From Eledone cirrhosa (taxonomy: Eukaryota), in assembly GCA_964016885.1 (NCBI GenBank), contig OZ024764.1:9176001-9240000 (forward strand): a stretch of DNA of 64,000 bases. Reading direction: 5' to 3'. The translations under genes were made by a program, and so were the position numbers. Below, piece after piece: positions 1 to 11,999 of this stretch. The notes under the pieces were generated by a model. It was given only the letters and a program-made list of their open reading frames with translations, was not told the DNA's origin and did not search any database. The stretch's first letter is position 1, and every line of letters starts with the position of its first letter.

Positions 1-248
1 ATATATATATATATACACATATATACACATATATATATATATACACATATATACATATATATATATATACACATATATCTCCACATATATATTTTCCAAA
101 CTACTTAGTTCTGAGATTGAAACCCGGTCCAATACACACAGTTTACTCTACTACTGTTGTTGTTGTTGTTGTTGTTGTTGGTCTTGTTTATTTTTTATTT
201 TTTTGCTGCTTAAATTCCTTGTATGTGTTGCTGTAGTGTGCGTGTGTT

Positions 249-287
<39 letters not shown>

Positions 288-316
288 GTTAAGATATATA
301 AATTTGTCTATGTATG

Positions 317-364
<48 letters not shown>

Positions 365-388
365 ATACACATATACATGTTTACAAGT

Positions 389-444
<56 letters not shown>

Positions 445-514
445 CACACACATATACATGTTTACAACTTATGTGCGTATATATTCATACATATATATTC
501 ACACACACACATTA

Positions 515-566
<52 letters not shown>

Positions 567-778
567 TTAAGACACACACATGTTAAAATGTATAAGTACA
601 TATATTTGTGTGTTTCTTTATATATATATATATATATACATACACAAATATATGTACTTATATATATAATTTATATATATATATATATATACATATACAT
701 AATACACATATACATGTTTACAAGTTATGTGCGTATATATTCATATATATACACACACACGCATTAAGATATGTGTGT

Positions 779-812
<34 letters not shown>

Positions 813-886
813 CATACATACACATATACATGTTTACAACTTATGTGCGTATATATTCATATATATATATTCACACACACACATTA

Positions 887-935
<49 letters not shown>

Positions 936-956
936 CACACACACACACACATTAAG

Positions 957-997
<41 letters not shown>

Positions 998-1010
998 CAC
1001 ACACATACAT
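1..1010. repeat. (TA)n/(CA)n microsatellite block with embedded repeated units
   Basis: Direct: long TA runs; the unit catacatgtttacaa(c/g)ttatgtgcgtatatattc recurs several times. ORFs here are YI-repeat artefacts. Confidence 0.95.
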
Positions 1011-1332
1011 CTGCTATCTGCTTCTATTTATTAATTTTCATTTTTGTCTGTATTTTCTTTGTTTTGTGTTATTAATGTATTTGTTTTCAGTTTCTTTCTT
1101 TATTACATCATGCTGTCCCCTGATTTCAAATCCTACCAAGGTTGGGGAACCTTAACTGTGGCCCCTCCCTGTCCTCCCAGTGTTTGGATTTGTAAAACAG
1201 ACGGTAAACAGACCCAAAAGAAATGGAAAAATAATTCCCCCAAAATTTTTGTTTTTCAATTTTCAATATAAGATAAGAAAACAAGTTAGTGAACTTGAAT
1301 GGAGAACATAAGGTTGTGTATTCAACGCTTCT

Positions 1333-2280
1333 TCTGACCGGATCTGACCTGATCTGATGTGGTTTGACTGGATCTGACCAGATCTGATGTGGTTTGACTG
1401 GATCTGACCTGATCTGATGTGGTTTGACTGGATCTGACCTGATCTGATGTGGTTTGACCAGATCTGATGTGGTTTGACTGGATCTGACTTGATCTGATGT
1501 GGTTTGACTGGATCTGACCGGATCTGATGTGGTTTGACTGGATCTGACCTGATCTGATGTGGTTTGACCAGATCTGATGTGGTTTGACTGGATCTGACCT
1601 GATCTGATGTGGTTTGACTGGATCTGACCGGATCTGACCTGATATGATGTGGTTTGACTGGATCTGACCTGATCTGATGTGGTTTGACTGGATCTGACCT
1701 GATCTGATGTGGTTTGACTGGATCTGACCTGATCTGATGTGGTTTGACTGGATCTGACCAGATCTGATGTGGTTTGACTGGATCTGACCTGATCTGACCA
1801 GATCTGACATGACATGATCTGGTCTGACTGGATCTGGCATGATCTGATCTGGTCTGACTGAGCCTGACCAGATCTGACTGGATCTGATCTGACCTGACTG
1901 GGTCAGACCAGATCTGACTGGATCTGACCAGATCTCATCTGGTTCTGACCTGGTCTGACCAGATCTGACATGATCTGATCTGGTCTGACTGGATCTGGCA
2001 TGATCTGATCTGGTCTGACTGAGCCTGACCAGATCTGACTGGATCTGATCTGACCTGACTGGGTCAGACCAGATCTGACCGGGTCTGACTGGATCTGACC
2101 AGATCTCATCTGGTTCTGACCTGGTCTGACTGGATCTGACCAGATCTGACATGATCTGATCTGGTCTGACTGGATCTGGCATGATCTGATCTGGTCTGAC
2201 TGAGCCTGACCAGGTCTGACTGGATCTGGTTCTGACTTGGTCTGACTGGATCTGACCATATCTGACTGGGTCTGGTTGGA
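1333..2280. repeat. Pentamer-based satellite (GATCT/GACCA/GACTG/GATGT/GGTTT) with 30-bp and larger higher-order units
   Basis: Direct: gatctgatgtggtttgactggatctgacct repeats at 1351-1790, then a second phase of longer reshuffled units. Confidence 0.95.
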
Positions 2281-2369
2281 CCATTTTTTTTGTCTTGAGA
2301 AGTACTGTGGGGTTTTATAATCAAATCTTCTCCTTTCACCAAACTGCTGCACCTTATCCCAGTATTATT

Positions 2370-2697
2370 ATTGTAAGGTCGGGGGAGTGTCGGGTACCAT
2401 GTTTTGCATCATATAGTTACGACCCCAAATAAAGTACCAGTAACACCCTGGGGTTGATTTAATTTCCCCTTCCCTTCAAATTGCAGGGCATGTGCCTAAA
2501 TCAGAAACCATTATTATTATTACTTTGCAGCATAGAGTCGCGGCCCTTTACGCTCTGAGTTCAAATCCCGCCGAGGTTAACTTTGCCTTTCATCCTTATG
2601 CGGTCGATAAAATAAAGTACCAGTAATACACTGGGGTCGATTTAATCAACTTTCCCCTCCCCCAAAATTGCTGGCCTTGTGCCTATACTAGAAATCA

Positions 2698-2730
<33 letters not shown>
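2370..2730 (+). mobile_element. Two partial copies of tRNA-derived SINE family A with (ATT)n tail
   Basis: B-box-like gagttcaaatccc; core gcctttcatccttacggggtcgataaaataaagtaccag shared with many other copies in the window. Confidence 0.8.
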
Positions 2731-2854
2731 CAAGATGGTGGAACTGCTGCTGTTTTAGTTTGTTGTTATTTATAAATTAAAATATGACACTGTAATTAGT
2801 GGGTGTATTAATTAAACTGTGACACTGAAGAAATAGGGCAAATGTACAAACTAT

Positions 2855-3510
2855 AACACCTTTGTTAATTAAAAAGCACCTTCGTTAATTACATATTACC
2901 TACGTTAATTATAAAACACCTTCGTTAATTAAAAACACCTTCGTTATTTTGATATTACCTTCGTTAATTAAAAAACACCTTCGTTAATTTGATATTACCT
3001 TCGTTAACTAAAAAAACACCTTCGTTAATTTGATATTACCTCCATTAATTAAAAAACACCTTCTTTAATTTAATATTACCCTCGTTAATTAAAAAACACC
3101 TTCGTTATTTTGATATTACCTTCGTTAACTAAAAAAACACCTTCGTTAATTTGATATTACCTCCATTAATTAAAAAACACCTTCTTTAATTTAATATTAC
3201 CCTCGTTAATTAAAAAACACCTTCGTTATTTTGATATTACCTTCATTAATTAAAAAACGCATTTGTTAATTTGATATTACCTATGTTAATTAAAAAACAC
3301 CTTCGTTAATTTGATATTACCCTCGTTAATTAAAAAACACATTTGTTAATTCATAAACACCTTCATTAATTAATTAACACCTTTATTTCAATATTACCTT
3401 TGTTAATTAATTAACAATCTTCATTAATTTAATAACAATCTTCTATAAATTTAATATTCCTTGTTAATCAAAATCACCTTTGTTAATTAAATCGCACCTT
3501 TAATTAACTC
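2855..3510. repeat. ~20/41-bp AT-rich minisatellite (ttaattaaaaaacaccttcg / ttaatttgatattaccttcg)
   Basis: Direct tandem alternation of two related ~20-mers. Confidence 0.9.
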
Positions 3511-3625
3511 ACAATTTTGTTATGTAAATAACAACCTTTGTCAATTGAATATAATTTTAATATATATATGTATATATATATATATATTACTTCAAAATAT
3601 TAATAAATATAGACATTCATGTGAT

Positions 3626-3849
3626 CAAATATATTTTATTATACATATTTCAGAGGTACTGAGCTATTTCATCAGTACGTCCTCATCAGATGAAATAAAT
3701 TGATGTCTGACATACCTCGACTGTGCTGATGGAATTGAACCATCAGCACAGTTGAGGTATGTCAGACATCAATTTATTTCATCTGATGAGGACGTACTGA
3801 TGAAATAGCTCAGTAATACCTCTGAAATATGTATAATAAAATATATTTG
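3626..3849. repeat. Near-perfect fold-back palindrome (~105-bp arms) with degenerate hammerhead-like core in each arm
   Basis: Arms are reverse complements around the loop aattgaa; CTGATGAGGAC...GAAA starts at 3783. A related single copy lies at ~37150-37245. Confidence 0.85.
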
Positions 3850-3971
3850 TATGTATGTGAAAGGTAAACAGAAATAACACAATTGGTACAGCAGTATATG
3901 GAAGGAATATATATATATATATACGGACGTTAAACGATGATGATGATATATTGATTATTGATTAGGTGAAA

Positions 3972-4082
3972 CCCGCTGATGAAGCCCCATGCGCCGATTA
4001 TGCATTGATGCATAATATATGTGGACGGAGGGTGTAGTGCACCGTTATGCTGCATTAAGTGTGGCTGAAACTCGAGTTTGGG
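3972..4082 (+). ncRNA. Type I hammerhead ribozyme motif with extended stem II
   Basis: cccg-CTGATGA-agcc...ggct-GAAA-CTCGAG-TT-tggg: stem I, core, stem II base, palindromic stem III and GUU site. Confidence 0.6.
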
Positions 4083-4207
4083 AACTACTGTAGGTACCTG
4101 TTTACATGTGTTGTATTGAAGCGAATATGTGTCTACTCTGGGAGTTTATTTAACCTTACCTATTGAATACACTGAGATGCAAGTGGTCCTAGTATTTATT
4201 ATTATAT

Positions 4208-4548
4208 GGAGGCACATGGCTTAGTGGTTAGAGCATTGGCCTTGCAATCGAAAGGTTGTGACTTCAATTCTCAGACCGGGTGATGTGTTGTTTCCTTGAG
4301 CAAGACACTTTATTTCACATTGTTCCAGTTTACTCAGCTGTAGAAATGAGATGATAGGGACAGGGGTCCCTATCATCGCTATGGTCACTGCGGCCCTTCT
4401 ATCGGTCGCTGTCTTCAATTTGCAAAGCTGTCTAAACGTAATGGTATAACTCTAGGGTTATATACCCTATTGAGTGCTTAGCTGTACACCGAAACTGCAT
4501 CCGTTAGCTTGGCTGCAACCATGGCTTTGTTGATGCTATACTAAATTT

Positions 4549-4589
<41 letters not shown>

Positions 4590-4917
4590 GGCTTAGTGGT
4601 TAGAGCACTGGCCTTGCAATCGAAAGGTTGTGAGTTCAATTCTCGGACCGGGTGATGTGTTGTTTCCTTGAGCAAGACACTTTATTTCACATTGCTCCAG
4701 TTTACTCAGCTGTAGAAATGAGATGATAAGGACTGGGGTCCCTATCATTCCACTGCAAAGTGGTCGTGGAGGTGCCACGGCAAAAAAGCACTCAGCACTC
4801 ACTGTAAATGAGGTTGGTGTTAGGAAGGGCATCCAGCTGTAGAAATCAAGCCAGCATCAGTTCCCGTCCCACCCTTGCAAGCAGGGAAAAAGCGGACGTA
4901 AAATGATGATGATGATG
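4208..4917 (+). mobile_element. tRNA-derived SINE family B: truncated copy (4208-4370) and near-full copy (4588-4917)
   Basis: A box tggcttagtggttag, B box gagttcaattc, ccttgagcaagacact core, (ATG)n tail; same family at 9118, 28225, 36665. Confidence 0.85.
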
Positions 4918-5158
4918 CATAAAGTACCAGTAATGTACTGGGTAATTGCTGGCCTTGTGTCTAAAGTAGAAACAATTATTATATATATGTATATATATAT
5001 GGGGTAACAAGTTATCGTTATAGGTAATCCAGTTAGAGGTGAGTACTCTGTGTCGTGGATAGTTTTAACGTACGGCTTTGTTTAACTCAACAAGATGTTT
5101 CCATAGTTAGGCAGCGAGTTCGCGGTAATTCCTATGTAGGTTATACTTGGAGTAATAA

Positions 5159-5390
5159 TAGTGAAAGAGTGAAGAGTAACATGGTTGGCTGTACAACAAG
5201 GGGCTTTATTTCAGGTATTGACAATTGTTTCATTGATCAGGTGAGACTAGAGGCCCCTAATCGCTCGAGTGACGCAACTTTGAGTGATTAGCGACCTCTA
5301 GACTCACCTGATCAATGAAGCAATTGTCAATACCTGAAATATAGCCGCTTGTTTGTACAGCCAACCATGTTACTCTTCATTCTTTCACTA
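5159..5390. repeat. Imperfect fold-back palindrome; arms carry a hammerhead-like 3' half GAAACAATTGTC
   Basis: Direct reverse-complement match of arms; palindromic CAATTG followed by TC on the minus strand. Confidence 0.8.
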
Positions 5391-5399
5391 TATATATAT

Positions 5400-5541
5400 A
5401 TATTTATTAAAATAACAGATTAAAGTTTAAGCAAAGAATCGCTGCTTTCACCCTTAACGGGATCTTCAGAAACTGAAGATTCCGTTAAGGGTGAAAGCAG
5501 CGATTCTTTGCTTAAACTTTAATCTGTTATTTTAATAAATA
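5400..5541. repeat. Near-perfect palindrome with axis TCTTCAG-aaa-CTGAAGA
   Basis: ~70-bp arms with one visible mismatch; each arm starts CTGAAGA-t(c/t)ccgttaagggt-GAAA. Confidence 0.9.
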
Positions 5542-6015
5542 TTTGCTCTACGGTTCTTATATTTTTGATATATATTTATCCTTATCGAGCCCTCTTTGGA
5601 TTTTAGTCTTCAAAAATTTATTATTATTACTATATATATATATATATATATATCATAAAACATGTCTATAGAATCACCAGATAAAATATATACCATTTCC
5701 TCTCCCAATTAGCATAATCAACTATATAAAAAATCGAATAGACCAGGCTATAAAAATCAAATAGACCAGGCTATAAGAATAAGGCTTCTATGAAGAAATC
5801 CCCATATATATATATACGTGAAAAAATATATAAATGAGAACAAACCATTAAAACATGTTTCTCTTCTTCTCTCTCGATAATTAAATACTCTATATATATA
5901 TAGTGTAGGTGGTTCAGTGAATTATTGGTGTTGGTACCAAATCAAACACTCTATACACAGGAAGAGTGAATATATTAGAAAAAAATGAGGAAGTTTCATT
6001 TACATGTAAAAGATA

Positions 6016-6208
6016 TTTATTGCGTGTCAGCCTTTTAAGCGTGTTTTGCAGAGGATTTGCTCAAGGTGGCCCATGGGAGTTATGGACCTGACTATAGTAT
6101 TGATCTGCTCTTCAGAGTGGTGATATGATTAACTGCAACAAAAAAATATTTTTTTATCATATCATCAGTCTAAGGAGCAGATCGATTGTGGAGTCAGGTC
6201 CATAATTC
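6016..6208. repeat. Diverged fold-back palindrome of a hammerhead-like element (family also at 36545-36665)
   Basis: Minus arm: CTGAAGA-gcaga...tctgc-aAAA-cacgc-tta; homologue at 36553 reads CTGAAGAgcaga...GAAAcatgagta. Confidence 0.65.
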
Positions 6209-6624
6209 CTATGGTGGATCTTGAGCCAATCCTCTTCGAAAGGTGAGTAAAAGGTCGATACACTATAAGTATCACGAAATTTCCGTCAGTCACAAATGAC
6301 CGTGGGATTTAGACACAAACCTGGGGAAGGTTGTTTGTAAAAGACCAGCAGTCATCCATGCAAACCAGTCTACCCTCTCTGTACTACAGATATTGTCCCA
6401 GGGAAGGGTAAAAACCAATACAGCTTGACATGACAACATATATATATATATATATATATAAGAAAATATATGACCCCCGACGGCAGAGCTCAAGCCATTT
6501 CGACGGGGTCATACATTTTTCTATTACCCACTCTACTACCCTTAGTATTGAGTACTCTGGTGCGTTATGGTCCATCTGGTTCCTTACCACAATTTCTTTG
6601 TTATATATATATATACACACATTA

Positions 6625-6818
6625 TAGGGTGGTGAAATGGCAGTATCGGTAGAGGGTCGGACGCCATGCTTTGACGCATAGAGTTACGGCCCTTGCTATT
6701 CTGAGTTCAAATCCCGCCGAGGTTAACTTTGCCTTTCATCCTTACGGGGTCGATAAAATAAAGTACCAGTAATGTACTGGGTAATTGCTGGCCTTGTGCC
6801 AATAGTAGAAACAATTAT
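6625..6818 (+). mobile_element. SINE family A, full copy
   Basis: tggcagtatcggtagag A-box region, B box and conserved core. Confidence 0.85.
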
Positions 6819-7345
6819 ATACATACTATATATAGATTCTACACACCATATATACACTATATTTGTTGCTCCAGGGAAAGGTAAAAAAACCTATACAGCT
6901 TGGCACCAGTTATATCACAACTTATATATACACACTATATAAAATATATATACATTATATATACACTAGATATACTATTGTCCTAGGTACATTGCAACAT
7001 ATATATATAAAGACTATACACTGTATATATACTACATGTACATTATATATACACTATGTAAGATGTTATCTAAGGGAAAAGTAAAGGCCGGTACAGCTTG
7101 CAACATATATATACACAATATACACTGTATATACTATATATACTGTATATATATAATATATATAATACCGTAACATCAGTTTGAGTGGCTAATTATAACC
7201 GGTTTGAACAGAAAAAAGGGGAGAGAACTCTTGCCGGATATGGCCGGTTTAAATGCTAAAGGGTTAAAAAATTGTCTTTCATTCTTTGTCTTGTCCTTTA
7301 TTTTAAGTTTGTGTGTGTATATATATATATATAGGAAAAGAGTCA

Positions 7346-7426
7346 GGACCCCAACGGCTGAACTCCAGCCGTTTCGACAGCTAGATCTAGCAGTTGAAAC
7401 GGCCAGAGCTCAGCCGTTGGGGGTCC
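7346..7426. repeat. Short palindrome within a repeat family also at ~6465-6605 and 46630-46832
   Basis: ggaccccaacggctg...cagccgttgggggtcc; shared tail tattacccactctactaccc..agtattgagtact. Confidence 0.8.
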
Positions 7427-7652
7427 CAAAATTTTCATATTACCCACTCTACTACCCCGAGTATTGAGTACTCTGCTGAGTAATGGTTCTATTTAGTTTT
7501 TGCCACCTCCATTCTGATATATATATATAATATATATATATAATTGGATATATGAGAGGGATAAACACAGATATAAGTATAAGGCCTCCATGCTTCCCGA
7601 GATCAGCCAACACTACAGCTAACACATACACACATGTACTTCCCTGACATTT

Positions 7653-8018
7653 GTGTATTATTCTATGTACTATACTATAAGGGCGGTGTATTATTCTATG
7701 TACTATACTATAAGGGCAGTGTATTATTCTATGTACTATACTATAAGGGCGGTGTATTATTCTATGTACTATACTATAAGGGCGGTGTATTATTCTATGT
7801 ACTATACTATAAGGGCGGTGTATTATTCTATGTACTATACTATAAGGGCGGTGTATTATTCTATGTACTATACTATAAGGGCGGTGTATTATTCTATGTA
7901 CTATACTATAAGGGCGGTGTATTATTCTATGTACTATACTATAAGGGCGGTGTATTATTCTATGTACTATACTATAAGGGCGGTGTATTATTCTATGTAC
8001 TATACTATAAGGGCGGTG
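7653..8018 (+). repeat. 33-bp tandem array (~11 copies) made of a SINE target-site duplication plus the SINE 5' end
   Basis: Unit tattattctatgtactatactataagggcggtg; the last copy runs into SINE A, after which attattctatgtactatac recurs at 8196-8214. Confidence 0.9.
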
Positions 8019-8263
8019 GATTGGCAGTATCGGTAGAGGATCGGACGCCATGCTTTCCAGCATAGTTACGTCCCTTTATTATCTGAGTTCAAATCCCGCC
8101 GAGGTTGACTTTGCCTTTCATCGTTACGGGGTCGATAAAATAAAGTACCAGTAATGCACTGGGTAATTGCTGACCCTGTGCCAAAAGTAGAAGCAATTAT
8201 TCTATGTACTATACATACACCTTTGATGAGTTGTAGTGCACCTGAGCACTTTACACAATAATT

Positions 8264-8300
<37 letters not shown>
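8009..8300 (+). mobile_element. SINE A inserted in the 3' UTR of a CR1/L2-like LINE
   Basis: Flanks rejoin to give the tail seen intact at 62320-62435. Confidence 0.85.
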
Positions 8301-8484
8301 ACATGTGTTCCAATTGCAAATGACCAAGTTAGCTAGGTTGAAAAATACTTATTTAAAACAATATGGTTTGCCTGTCTCGATTTAACGTAATAAATCAATA
8401 AAAATAACAAACCTATATTAGGCAAATAGCCTCTGATACCCGGACAGATGTAAATCTGTTTCGCAAGGATTATTTTAATTGTAA

Positions 8485-8715
8485 AAGTTCAAATCCCGCC
8501 GAGGTTAACTTTGCCTTTCATCCTTCTGGGGTCGATAGAATAAAGTACCAGTAATGCACTGGGTAATTGCTGGCCTTGTGCCTAAAGTAGAAACAATTAT
8601 TATAATTGTAAAAGTTCAAATCCCGCCGAGGTTAACTTTGCCTTTCATCCTTACGGGGTCGATAGAATAAAGTACCAGTAATTGCTGGCCTTGTGCCAAA
8701 AGTAGAAACAATTAT
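8485..8715 (+). mobile_element. Tandem pair of 5'-truncated SINE A copies
   Basis: Both begin taattgtaaaagttcaaatcccgccgagg. Confidence 0.8.
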
Positions 8716-9046
8716 TTTAATTGTAAAAGACTATTTTGAGTTTCTAACTGAATCTATGATTGATATATATATATGAGTATATGTGATGTATATTATATGG
8801 TATATATGATGGTCCAGGTTAGACGTGATGGTCCAGGTTAGTCAAAAAAATTTTCCCGAGTTCAGTCTTTTTCGTCGCTATGGTCACTGCAGCCCTTCTA
8901 TCGGTCGTTGTCTTCAATTTGCAAAGCTGTCTAAACGTAATGGTATAACTCTAGGGTTATATACCCTATTGAGTGCTTAGCTGCACACCGAAACTGCATT
9001 CGTTAGCTTGGCTGCAACCATGACTTTGTTGATGCTGTACTAAATT

Positions 9047-9114
<68 letters not shown>

Positions 9115-9117
9115 CAT

Positions 9118-9450
9118 ATGGCTTAGTGGTTAGAGCATTGGCCTTGCAATCAAAAGGTTGTGAGTTCAATTCTCGGACCGGGTGATGTGTTGTTTCCTTG
9201 AGCAAGACACTTTATTTCACATTGTTCCAGTTTACTCAGCTGTAGAAATGAGATGATAAGGACTGGGGTCCCTATCATTCCACTGCAAAGTGGTCGTGGA
9301 GGTGCCACAGCAAAAAAGCACCCAGCACTCACTGTAAATGAGGTTGGTGTTAGGAAGGGCATCCAGCTGTAGAAATCAAGCCAGCATCAGTTCCCGTCCC
9401 ACCCTTGCAAGCAGGGAAAAGCAGACGTAAAATGAAATGATGATGATGAT
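9118..9450 (+). mobile_element. SINE family B
   Basis: Near-identical to 4588-4917. Confidence 0.85.
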
Positions 9451-9458
9451 ATGTATGT

Positions 9459-9626
9459 ATTTAATTATATAATAAACAACACAATATAATTATTCCAATA
9501 CTCAAGGTTTCCCGAAGTTAGACGATTCTAATAGAAACATCTGGTTCGTTCATCAGATGAAATATCTAACTTCTTGAAACCTTTGGTAATGGAATATTAT
9601 ATTGTGTTGTTTATTACATAATTAAA
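9459..9626. repeat. Diverged fold-back palindrome with hammerhead-like motif (family of 55025-55201)
   Basis: Arms match as reverse complements; tcatcag (CTGATGA, minus) lies near the junction; GAAACCTTTGGTA in the right arm. Confidence 0.7.
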
Positions 9627-10181
9627 TAGCTCTGTACTATACATAGAGCACTCTTCTTTCCTTTACCTTTTATACGGAAATACTTAACATATATATATAC
9701 ATATACATACATATATGTAAATATATACACACGTGTATATATTTACATATATGTATATACATAAATATATACACACGCACATGTATATATATATATACAC
9801 ACAGGTGTATATATGATAGTCAGGGTAGGGTTCCTTCTCTGACTAACATATATAAGAAAAAAAAAAAACATCTAAGAATTAACAAACTTCCCATCATACT
9901 TCCAATGTGAAATAATCCACAATAATTTCGATTCTCCAGGAGGAATGGTGACACCGCTTCACCGTTTTTCACTTGTTTGTTCGACTTCATGCATTGGAAG
10001 ACATTTTGGTGGTTGAAGGTTTGTGTAACTTAGACATGACCCCTCACCCAATCCAATCCAATTTGGTCATGTCAGGGGTGTCAGGTTGGTGAGGCTATTT
10101 AGCCCATAAAATATGTGTGTGTATGTATATATGTATATATATATATATGTGTATATATGTATATATATAGATATGCGTATG

Positions 10182-10222
<41 letters not shown>

Positions 10223-10453
10223 AGTAAAATAATGGAGTAAAGGACTTGCGTATAATCCTGTAATTAAATGATCTCAAAGGAGTTTTCCTGGGCACTTTAA
10301 AATACAATATATACACTCTTCTGTGTTTTTCCCCTCTATATATTGTATATATATAAATATATTTATGCATATGTATGTATGTATATATATATATAAATAT
10401 TTATTTGTATGCATATAAATATATATATATGTATGTATGTATGTATATTTATC

Positions 10454-10496
<43 letters not shown>

Positions 10497-10986
10497 ATAA
10501 ATATGTCTATATATGTATATGTATGCATATATATATATGTATATGTATGTATATTTATATATGTATATGTATGCATATGTATGTATATATATATATGTAT
10601 ATGTATGCATATGTATGTATATATATATATGTATATGTATGCATATGTATGTATATATATATATATGTATGTATGCATATGTAAGTACATATATATATTT
10701 ATATATATATATATATATATAATGTGTGTGCGTGTATGTATATATATATATATATATATAGCTATATCTGTAAATGTGAAAAAGGAAAACAGTGCTTACT
10801 CAGGAAGAGAGCTGATATATATATATTATTATATATATATATATATATTATTTATTTATGTTTATACACAGAACAAAAGTGCTATCTAAGGTTGCAAGGT
10901 CCGATATAGACCATATATCATTTAATCTCGATATATGGTAGATATTGGGCCCTGAAATCTTAGATAGTGCTTTTGATCCGCCTATG

Positions 10987-11017
<31 letters not shown>

Positions 11018-11089
11018 TGACAGTCGATCTTCTAGATCCCAGACCTCATTTGCTTAACGAGTGGACTGGAGCTCGTCAAATTGGACCGA

Positions 11090-11537
11090 GGAAACAAGGT
11101 TTTGCATTGGTCTTTCCATTACTGATACTATCTGTCAGTCACAACTCCTGGCAGAAGAAAGGAGCTGATCATCAGATCAGACCAAGGAAACAATGTCTCC
11201 ATTGGTCTTTCCATTACTGATACTATCTGTCAGTCACAACTCCTGGCAGAAGAAAGGAGCTGATCATCAGATCAGACCAAGGAAACAATGTCTCCATTGG
11301 TCTTTCCATTACTGATACTATCTGTCAGTCACAATTCCTGACAGAAGAAAGGAGCTGATCATCAGATCAGACCAAGGAAACACTGTTTCTATTGGTCTTT
11401 CCATTACTGATACTATCTGTCAGTCACAACTCCTGGCAGAAGAAAGGAGCTGATCATCAGATCAGACCAAGGAAACAATGTTTCCATTGGTCTTCCCATT
11501 GCTGATACTATCTGTCAGTCACAACTCCTGACAGAAG
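11090..11537. repeat. 95-bp tandem repeat (~4.7 copies) within a decayed minus-strand SINE-like sequence
   Basis: ggaaacaa(c) recurs at about 11186, 11281, 11376, 11471. Confidence 0.9.
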
Positions 11538-11645
11538 GTGCAGCACAAAATAAACTTGCTCAAGAATACATTACAACAGTCTGTTCTGTTCAGAAATCGA
11601 ACCTCTGTTCATATAATTGTCAGTCTAACACCTTAACCATTAGGC

Positions 11646-11947
11646 CAGTGATCTTCAACCTTTTTTATATCACAGACTGGCTTCATGTCAGACAATCATT
11701 CCATGGACCGGTAGTGGTACATGTGCTATTTAAGTGCATTTCGATAAAGAGAACAATTTATCGAATGGAAGAAAAAGTGTATTCAGTAGATGAATGTTGA
11801 ATATTTAAACAAATCTTTTTTAAATTAATGTCCAATATTCAATTTATCTATTTATAATTTAAAATAAGTTGGTTATTTCTTTGCGGCCTGGTAATAAATG
11901 ATCCACGAACTGGTACTGGTCTGTGGCCCTGTGGTTGGGGATCTCTG
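11646..11947. mobile_element. hAT-like (Charlie/MER5-type) MITE
   Basis: Ends cagtgatcttcaacc / ggttggggatctctg form imperfect TIRs; flanks cattaggc / tagtaggc resemble a decayed 8-bp TSD. Confidence 0.6.
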
Positions 11948-11999
11948 TAGTAGGCTGTGTATCTTCAGCTAGTTTTAAATCTATTATTACAAATGATAG

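Noticed and set aside
4590-4660. tRNA gene
   Set aside because: A/B boxes belong to SINE heads; no complete cloverleaf. The same applies to the B-box-like fragment near 52340.
9870-10095. Possible exon in complex sequence
   Set aside because: No long clean frame or recognisable motif, and splice sites could not be supported.
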